DNA of 13,200 nucleotides from an archaeon (GTDB lineage Archaea; Iainarchaeota; Iainarchaeia; Iainarchaeales; 1-14-0-10-31-34): NCBI GenBank assembly GCA_043815885.1, contig JBDRIL010000007.1, positions 1 to 13,200 of the forward strand, read 5' to 3'. Shown piece by piece: positions 7,245 to 13,200 of this stretch (position 1 is its first letter; each line of letters starts with the position of its first letter). The notes under the pieces were generated by a model. It saw only the letters and a program-made list of their open reading frames with translations, ran no database searches and was not told where the DNA came from. The position numbers and the translations under genes were made by a program.

Positions 7245-7320
7245 AGCTAAACCCAATTATTAAAGAAGATAAGTAATAATTTAAGCTTAATCCAATTATA
7301 ATTCTAGAAAGGTTGTTTTT
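7245..7320. promoter_or_regulatory. Compact divergent promoter
   Basis: A 76-bp gap between divergent starts. The central palindrome TTAAGCTTAA (7281-7290) provides TATA-like elements on both strands. SD-like AGGTTG at 7310-7315. Confidence 0.45.
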
Positions 7321-8580
7321 ATGAAGCTGAAATTCCTTGGAGGAGCAAGAGAAGTAGGAAAAAGCTCTTTTCTGTTGGATGCAGGAGACAAGATTCTGCT
7401 GGACAGAGGAGTGAAGTTAGGGCATTCATCCCTCTCTTTTCCTTTGGCAGTGAAAGCAAATTTAAAGGCAGCAATAATCTCTCACGCTCACTTGGATCAT
7501 TCTGGTGCATTGCCTGAATTATTCAATACAGGCAATACAATGGTTTACATGACTTCTCCGACCCTTGACTTAAGTGAAATGCTCTGGAGAGACACAATAA
7601 AGATAGCAGAAATAGAAGGCCAAACAAAAAAGTATTCAATGGATGAAGTAAAGAAAACAGAGAGATTCACTTTTCCCATTAATTACAGGAAGAAGGTTCA
7701 GATAACTGATGAAATAATGATGGAATTCTTTGATGCAGGCCACATCATTGGTTCAGCAATAACCAAGTTATGGTATAAAAACAAGAGTCTGGTTTACACC
7801 GGAGACTTTCATTTAAGGGAAACAAGGCTATTGAATGGAGCAGACACAAGGATAGGGAAAACAGATTACCTGATAATTGAAAGCACGTATGGAGACAGGC
7901 ACCATGAAAAAAGAAAAACCCTGGAAAAAAGGTTTGTTGAATCAGTCCAGGACACAATAAATAAAGGCGGATGGGCAATAGTTCCAGCCTTTGCTGTGGG
8001 AAGAAGCCAGGAAATACTGGATATACTGCATGAATACAAGATTGAAGCACCAATATTTTTTGATGGAATGGGCCAAAAGGCTTCAGCTATCTCTCTCCGT
8101 TACCCTGAATTCCTGAAAGACCCGAAGTTTTTAGGAAATGCACTTCATGCAGCCAACTGGGTAAAGGGAAGGAACAGGAGCAAGGCACTGAAAGAACCAT
8201 CAATAATAGTTACTTCAGCGGGAATGTTGGAAGGAGGACCGGTAATATTTTATTTAAGCAAGTTATTTGATGACAAGAATTCAAAGGTATTCCTTACAGG
8301 CTATCAGGTGGAAGGAACGAATGGAAGGAATTTATTGGAAAAAGGAGTAATTAATTTAGACGGAGAAAAGGTAAAGGTAAACACTGAAGTAGAGTTATAT
8401 GAATTCAGTGCTCATGCAGAGCAAAATGAATTGCTTGAATTAATCCAGAAACTTGAACCAGAAAAAGTCTTTTTAGTTCATGGAGACGAAGAAGTAATAG
8501 AGGTATTTGCCAAAGAGGTAAAGGCATTGGGTTTTGAGGCAGTAAAGCCAAGGAATGGAGAAGAAATTGAATTAAAGTAA
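7321..8580 (+). CDS. MBL-fold beta-CASP ribonuclease (archaeal CPSF-like, lacking KH domains; aCPSF2-type)
   Basis: LGGAREVGKS, SHAHLDHSG, DAGHIIGS, YTGD, IESTYGDR, PAFAVGRSQE, FSAHA and LVHGD. Confidence 0.92.
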   Translation: MKLKFLGGAREVGKSSFLLDAGDKILLDRGVKLGHSSLSFPLAVKANLKAAIISHAHLDHSGALPELFNTGNTMVYMTSPTLDLSEMLWRDTIKIAEIEGQTKKYSMDEVKKTERFTFPINYRKKVQITDEIMMEFFDAGHIIGSAITKLWYKNKSLVYTGDFHLRETRLLNGADTRIGKTDYLIIESTYGDRHHEKRKTLEKRFVESVQDTINKGGWAIVPAFAVGRSQEILDILHEYKIEAPIFFDGMGQKASAISLRYPEFLKDPKFLGNALHAANWVKGRNRSKALKEPSIIVTSAGMLEGGPVIFYLSKLFDDKNSKVFLTGYQVEGTNGRNLLEKGVINLDGEKVKVNTEVELYEFSAHAEQNELLELIQKLEPEKVFLVHGDEEVIEVFAKEVKALGFEAVKPRNGEEIELK

Positions 8581-8614
8581 AGGGTGGGCAAAAATAAGGG
8601 GCTTCTTTATTTCT

Positions 8615-9415
8615 TTGATTGATTCCTTTAAAGCATTAAAGGACAATCCAAAACTATTTCTTCCAAAAATATTTCTTGCACTCGTATGGAGTGTCTTCCT
8701 GATTTATACTGGAACATTATTCATTCAGTTAATGGAAATAAGGGAAATAAATTTAACTACTGGAAACCATGCACTAATTCAAGCAAGCCTTGCCTCACTC
8801 CTTCAGGGATTAGCGGTTCTTTTAGTTTTGACCATTATTTTTTTCCTTATTGACACAATAATTAATGCCTCTTATCCATTCATGGTTAAATCTTATTACA
8901 GGAGAGAAAGAATTTCTTTCTCTGAAAGCATTTCAATGGTGTTAAAAAACTTCTCTTCAATAGTACTCCCAATAATCCTTGCCTTTCTTTTGTCTCTGGC
9001 AGTACTGATTCCATTCATTCTTTTATTTGTTTTCTTCTTTATTTCACAGAATGCATTGCCTGCAATGATTTCCCTCTTATTGCTGATTATTGCTGCATTC
9101 ATTACATCAGTTTTAGTTTTCTTTATTTATCCTGTTTCTGCACTGGAAAAGAAAGGAATTGGCTCAATAATGCACACAATCCGCATTGGAAGAAAACACG
9201 CTAAGCCCGTAAGCCTGGGTGTTTTAATTGTTTTTGCATTGAGTTTAACTACCCTTGCAATAGGTTTTCTGGGAGAGAGCATTGGTTTAAGCAGTTTAAT
9301 TGGCTTTGCTTTATTTATTTTATTAAGGATAATTGTTGCATTGATCTCAACCTACCAGATGGTGCTTAATCCAGTGCTTTACTTGGAGTATGAAAAGGAA
9401 ATGGAGTTAAAATGA
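8615..9415 (+). CDS. Multi-pass membrane protein of unknown function (about 6 TM segments)
   Basis: 266-aa ORF with long hydrophobic stretches and an ATGA overlap with NMD3. The TTG start is uncertain; an in-frame stop lies at 8573-8575. Confidence 0.75.
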   Translation: MIDSFKALKDNPKLFLPKIFLALVWSVFLIYTGTLFIQLMEIREINLTTGNHALIQASLASLLQGLAVLLVLTIIFFLIDTIINASYPFMVKSYYRRERISFSESISMVLKNFSSIVLPIILAFLLSLAVLIPFILLFVFFFISQNALPAMISLLLLIIAAFITSVLVFFIYPVSALEKKGIGSIMHTIRIGRKHAKPVSLGVLIVFALSLTTLAIGFLGESIGLSSLIGFALFILLRIIVALISTYQMVLNPVLYLEYEKEMELK

Positions 9416-10113
9416 GCAATAAATTCTGCCCTGAATGCGGTAAAACAAAAGGTTCATTCATCCAGAGATTCTGCAGTGAATGCTACCTAAAGAAACATAA
9501 AGTAATATTCCTTCCTGAAAGAATTGAGTTTGAGTCATGCAATAGATGCAGTAAAATGCGATTCAAAGGAAACTGGGTTGAAAAAAACGAGTTATTCCTG
9601 ATTGAGTTAATTCAAAGCAAGATAAAATCAAAGGAATTCAGTCTCAAAAACATTGAAGTTAAATTAAATCCAACAGAGGGAAGGGAAATAAATGCAGTAG
9701 TGTTCATTGAAGGAGAATTGAATGGAGTTTCATTAAAAATTAAAAAAGAAATAGTTTTAATTCCATTAAAAGGGCTCTGTGATACATGCATGAAGCTGAG
9801 TTCCAGCTACTATGAAGCAATCCTCCAGGCAAGGTTTAAGGAAAAAAAGAAGCACTCAGAGAAAGAACTGCTTAAAGAAATAAACTTCTTTCTTGGAGCA
9901 GAAGAAAAAAAGGATTCCCTTTCAAGGGCAATAAAGGTAATTAAGGAAAGGAATGGATTTGATGTATGGATTGGCTCAAAGAGAGCAGCAAAAAAAGTAA
10001 GTGAAGAACTTGCAAGAAAATTCAATTCAAGCGTGGTTAGAAGTTTTACTGTTTACGGAGTAAAAAAAACAGGAGAAGAAAAAAAGCGTTACACTTTCTG
10101 TGTAAGGATTTAA
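9412..10113 (+). CDS. nmd3: Archaeal NMD3-family zinc-binding ribosome biogenesis protein
   Basis: Four CxxC pairs (CPEC, CSEC, CNRC, CDTC), YYEAILQAR, GFDVWIGS and the C-terminal RYTFCVRI. Confidence 0.88.
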   Translation: MSNKFCPECGKTKGSFIQRFCSECYLKKHKVIFLPERIEFESCNRCSKMRFKGNWVEKNELFLIELIQSKIKSKEFSLKNIEVKLNPTEGREINAVVFIEGELNGVSLKIKKEIVLIPLKGLCDTCMKLSSSYYEAILQARFKEKKKHSEKELLKEINFFLGAEEKKDSLSRAIKVIKERNGFDVWIGSKRAAKKVSEELARKFNSSVVRSFTVYGVKKTGEEKKRYTFCVRI

Positions 10114-10814
10114 ATCTCATACTTCTTTAAAGCAGACTCGATTTCTTTTATTGGTTTAGTTGAAATAAGCAATGGAATCTTTTCTGATTCAGCAATCTTT
10201 ATTGCAATCGGATCCACGTCTTTGGCTAAACCATGCAGTACTACAATGGATGGCTTCATGTCAGTACTGAATCTTCCAATCTTTACTGCAATCAATGGAC
10301 TCCTTCCGGTTTCAACCTGCTGAAATATTAATGCCCTTTCAGGAGTCTTCCCGTAAAGCTGAAGGTATTCATGCACCGGAACATCAAGAATAACCCTCAA
10401 TGAATCAATTATCGTATAACCATAAATATCCATTTCCTTTAATTTATGGGGGTTAGTGATTACCTTTGCATCAATTTTCTGGGCAAAATCAGTTCCCTTT
10501 ACCGCAGCAAAGAATTCATGCACTCCAAAGATTTCTCTTGAAGGAATAAAGTCTTTCTCCAGCTGTTTCTTTATTTTTCCCCCTCTCTTCTGGTCTATTC
10601 CAAGTAATGACTCAACAAGCCTGTTCACTACCCCAATTCCAGGGCTCTTTCTCCTTCCGCCCTCATAATCAGAAATAGTTGAAGAACTCACTTTCAAGTA
10701 TTCAGCCAATTCAATCTGGCTCACTCCAAAGATCTCCCTCCATTTCTTCATGCTTCCGCCAGGATCCTTGCTGAGGCAGATCTCTCCAGCCATTGTAATT
10801 CCAAGTTTCTCCAT
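10110..10814 (-). CDS. Conserved archaeal XRE-family HTH transcriptional regulator with DRTGG-like C-terminal domain (COG1709-like)
   Basis: MAGEICLSKDPGGSMKKWREIFGVSQIELA...ISDYEGGRRKSPG, GYTIIDS, RALIF and GRSPLIAVK. ATG 10814 is preferred over 10850 because a TTTAAA box lies about 25-30 nt upstream (leaderless). Its stop overlaps the NMD3 stop by 4 bp. Confidence 0.88.
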   Translation of the reverse strand: MEKLGITMAGEICLSKDPGGSMKKWREIFGVSQIELAEYLKVSSSTISDYEGGRRKSPGIGVVNRLVESLLGIDQKRGGKIKKQLEKDFIPSREIFGVHEFFAAVKGTDFAQKIDAKVITNPHKLKEMDIYGYTIIDSLRVILDVPVHEYLQLYGKTPERALIFQQVETGRSPLIAVKIGRFSTDMKPSIVVLHGLAKDVDPIAIKIAESEKIPLLISTKPIKEIESALKKYEI

Positions 10815-10853
10815 AATAATAAAAATAGGAAAAAAAGCTTTAAAAAGCATTAC

Positions 10854-10885
10854 GTCAATCGTCCATTTTTAAATGGATGTTTGTC
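10854..10885. promoter_or_regulatory. Imperfect 32-bp palindrome, candidate operator upstream of the HTH regulator
   Basis: GTCAATCGTCCATTT-TT-AAATGGATGTTTGTC, with 12 of 15 arm positions complementary and a perfect inner TCCATTT/AAATGGA. Confidence 0.5.
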
Positions 10886-10889
10886 TAAA

Positions 10890-11531
10890 TTACTTTCTTG
10901 AGAAAACATAGAACTCTCTTTCATTCCCATCCCATTTACTTGACATTCCTTCTACAATCCTGCTTAAATCCAATAAACGTATTCTGTTTTTTTTCTTTGC
11001 TGGGTCAGCAATCCTAACCTTTTTTGTTTTAGGATTAAAAGAGATAATTAATACTGCATGCCCCTCTTTTTTTCCTCCCAACACCTCTAAATTAAAAATA
11101 GGCATTAAGTAATTCCCTTTCCTTAAATTTTCTTCAATGAATTTTTCTGGATTCTTGATACCTGAAATTAAATGCCTTTTAGCTTTCAAAGGAAATCCAT
11201 TTTTACTTAAAAAAGCATTAATATTTTCCTCTGTCTGCTGCACTCCATATCCTCTTTTTGGTTTTTCCTTTACAGTATAATCTCCCTTGAAATCCCTTCT
11301 ATGTTTTTTTGGAATTCTAAAATCCAGGTGCTTTGCAATGAATTCCTGTGAAGGAATCCGAATAGTGTTTGTTGCTAGAATCATTTGGATGCAGGCAGGA
11401 ACACAGCAAAAAGGTTGTTGAGGGTGGAATAAATAAGGGATTACTAAAAGAGTTTTTAATCTAATTTTTCTTGCAAGTCTTTTTTCTTTGACTTTTTTTC
11501 CCTTTTTTTTAGCAAAATGGACGCTTTTCAT
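10890..11531 (-). CDS. C39-like (papain-fold) cysteine peptidase with a highly basic N-terminus
   Basis: QQPFCCVPACIQMIL (Gln/Cys), GHAVLI (His) and IADP (Asp). Confidence 0.75.
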   Translation of the reverse strand: MKSVHFAKKKGKKVKEKRLARKIRLKTLLVIPYLFHPQQPFCCVPACIQMILATNTIRIPSQEFIAKHLDFRIPKKHRRDFKGDYTVKEKPKRGYGVQQTEENINAFLSKNGFPLKAKRHLISGIKNPEKFIEENLRKGNYLMPIFNLEVLGGKKEGHAVLIISFNPKTKKVRIADPAKKKNRIRLLDLSRIVEGMSSKWDGNEREFYVFSRK

Positions 11532-11555
11532 TTAAACCACAAAAAAATAATTTAG

Positions 11556-11667
11556 CGGACCCGCTGGGATTCGAACCCAGGACCTACAGCTTAGGAGGCT
11601 TACACAAGAAAAAATCTTTTAATGACTTAATTTCCTTTGTTGCCCTATCCAGCTAGGCTACGGGTCC
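11556..11667 (-). tRNA. tRNA-Arg(CCU) with a 38-nt intron (11600-11637) in the anticodon stem; CCA not encoded
   Basis: Acceptor stem GGACCCG/CGGGTCC plus discriminator G. D arm GCCT-AGCTGGATA-GGGC. After intron removal the anticodon arm is ACAGC-CTCCTAA-GCTGT. T arm CTGGG-TTCGAAT-CCCAG. Confidence 0.93.
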
Positions 11668-11693
11668 CTTTCCAATAGAATAATTGAATAGAA

Positions 11694-12254
11694 TTAAATT
11701 AATAACATTAACACTAATCCTGCTGCAATAGGAATAGTAAGGTTATCGTTTATTGGAACGAATTCCATTCCCATTCCAATGATTGCCGCAATCAATGCAG
11801 CTCCTGGAGGAAACATTATCTGGAGATAAAAAAAGGAAACAAGTATTCCAGCAATAGTTCCTTCCAGACTCCTGTTATTCATTAACTTTGTCTTTCCCAG
11901 AGTGACTCCAATCACTGTGGCTACACTGTCCCCAAATACAAGTACAATTAATGCCCCAAGCAGGATTAATGGGTTTTGATAGAATAAAACAGAAGCAATA
12001 AGTGTTGCAAGAAAAAAGATTATTGCCCCTCTTCCAGGAAACTTTTTTTCATCCTTTCTTCCGGCATAATCAATTACTTTAGAGAATAATGGGATCTTCC
12101 TGCCTTTTTTAATTATTAAAGAAAAACTCAAACCAATTGATATTATTCCAACACAGGCCAAAGCATAATGTATTGCTCCAATGACCCCAATTAAAATAAT
12201 TACAAGGCACCCAAAGAAATAGTGAATAAACTGCCTTCTAATTTCTTTTTTCAT
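11694..12254 (-). CDS. Diacylglycerol/polyprenol (dolichol/phytol) kinase family membrane protein, SEC59-like
   Basis: EIRRQFIH, GDSVATVIG, RSLEGT and DNLTIP motifs with multiple TM segments. Confidence 0.85.
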   Translation of the reverse strand: MKKEIRRQFIHYFFGCLVIILIGVIGAIHYALACVGIISIGLSFSLIIKKGRKIPLFSKVIDYAGRKDEKKFPGRGAIIFFLATLIASVLFYQNPLILLGALIVLVFGDSVATVIGVTLGKTKLMNNRSLEGTIAGILVSFFYLQIMFPPGAALIAAIIGMGMEFVPINDNLTIPIAAGLVLMLLI

Positions 12255-13200
12255 TTTTTTTCACTACTAACTTATTCCTTTTCTTTTTATTCAAGATAAG
12301 CATAATGATTACTATTATCAGGAAAAAGATTAATGGAATTATTTCCGGGACAGGCGAAACTGTTGTTTCCTGCCATTCTTTCACTGAAAAGCCCTTGATT
12401 TTGGTGTTGTCTCCTTTAATTGTCTCAAGATAAGTTTCTCCGTTATATTCATAGTATGCTGTTGCGAGTATTGAATAATTGTGTTTTTGTTTTAGCGGAG
12501 AAGGACCAGTATCGTAGGAATAAAAATAAGTGTTTACATCCATTGGTTCAATGAATTTATTTATGGTGTGTTCTCCCCCAAGAATTCTTCCTGTTTCTGG
12601 ATCGAATATTTTGAATCCTACTGTGACTGATAGTTGTTTATCGCTTACATTCATTACGTCTGCAGTGAAGTTTATGTCTTCATTCATTCTTACTGTTTTT
12701 GGTTCTACTTCAAGGTAATTGATTTTAGTTAATTGCGCGTTTTCTATTATTGCATTGAAGTCATATGGAACTAGTTCCCCATTATTTTTAATGACAAAGA
12801 AACTCATTTCAAGTTCTCCGCTCTTGTCACAGAGCAGTTCTGCTGTACTGTTCCACCAGTCTCCGGTTATATCTATTTCTTTATTGGATATTTTGCAGGC
12901 GTCTTCGTCTACTCTCACCCATTTCTCCAATTCTTCATCGTAAACGCTTCTTCCCTTAAACATCCAATCCATATTCGTTACATTATAAGCCCATGCGTCA
13001 CTCAAATATTCTCCCTCTAAAACCAATGGCGTTCCAATGAATCCAATGAATGGATCACTTACATTAAACCTCTCATCCCATGATGAAACATGGTTTTGAA
13101 GGCTAACCTCTCCTATCTGGTTACCGTTAACCGAAAAAGTCAGTCTATGTTCGTTTGCTCCCACTTCACACAATACATTTATTTCACTTGAAAACAGGTT
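12238..13200 (-). CDS. Cell-surface protein with C-terminal membrane anchor; partial, start lies beyond the right edge
   Basis: The frame is open from 13200 (NLFSSEINVLCEVG...). It is acidic and beta-rich, with a CARDB/Ig-like segment, several NxS/T sequons and the C-terminal VPEI-hydrophobic helix-KKKRNK. Confidence 0.8.
   Translation of the reverse strand, partial: NLFSSEINVLCEVGANEHRLTFSVNGNQIGEVSLQNHVSSWDERFNVSDPFIGFIGTPLVLEGEYLSDAWAYNVTNMDWMFKGRSVYDEELEKWVRVDEDACKISNKEIDITGDWWNSTAELLCDKSGELEMSFFVIKNNGELVPYDFNAIIENAQLTKINYLEVEPKTVRMNEDINFTADVMNVSDKQLSVTVGFKIFDPETGRILGGEHTINKFIEPMDVNTYFYSYDTGPSPLKQKHNYSILATAYYEYNGETYLETIKGDNTKIKGFSVKEWQETTVSPVPEIIPLIFFLIIVIIMLILNKKKRNKLVVKKNEKRN

Noticed and set aside
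11556..11600. tRNA 3' end as an integration (att) site
   Set aside because: I saw no duplicate of the tRNA 3' end and no integrase in the window.
7319..12943. Remaining short antisense ORFs (7319-7510, 7745-8053, 8896-9102, 9810-10025, 10456-10668, 12530-12718, 12719-12943)
   Set aside because: All are shadows of longer, well-supported genes on the opposite strand.

Overview
This AT-rich window is archaeal, judging from NMD3, an aCPSF2-type beta-CASP nuclease, an archaeal XRE regulator and a BHB-intron tRNA. A DPANN-like host is plausible but only inferred. Positions 1117-6733 hold a tightly coupled six-gene operon: a split ThDP-dependent phosphonopyruvate-decarboxylase-like pair, a PEP-mutase-like enzyme with an atypical catalytic loop (EDNVFPKRCS), a PhnY-like aldehyde dehydrogenase, a DUF1611/BioD-like P-loop protein and an ornithine carbamoyltransferase (OTC). 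The first four genes read as PEP -> phosphonopyruvate -> phosphonoacetaldehyde -> phosphonoacetate. My main hypothesis is that the operon makes an N-phosphonoacetyl amino acid such as PALO, the classic synthetic OTC inhibitor, with the OTC as a resistance or partner gene. Divergent from the operon is a secreted 47-aa-repeat protein that the ORF track missed. The right half is mostly housekeeping genes, a tRNA-Arg(CCU) with a 38-nt non-canonical intron, and the 3' part of a membrane-anchored surface protein.
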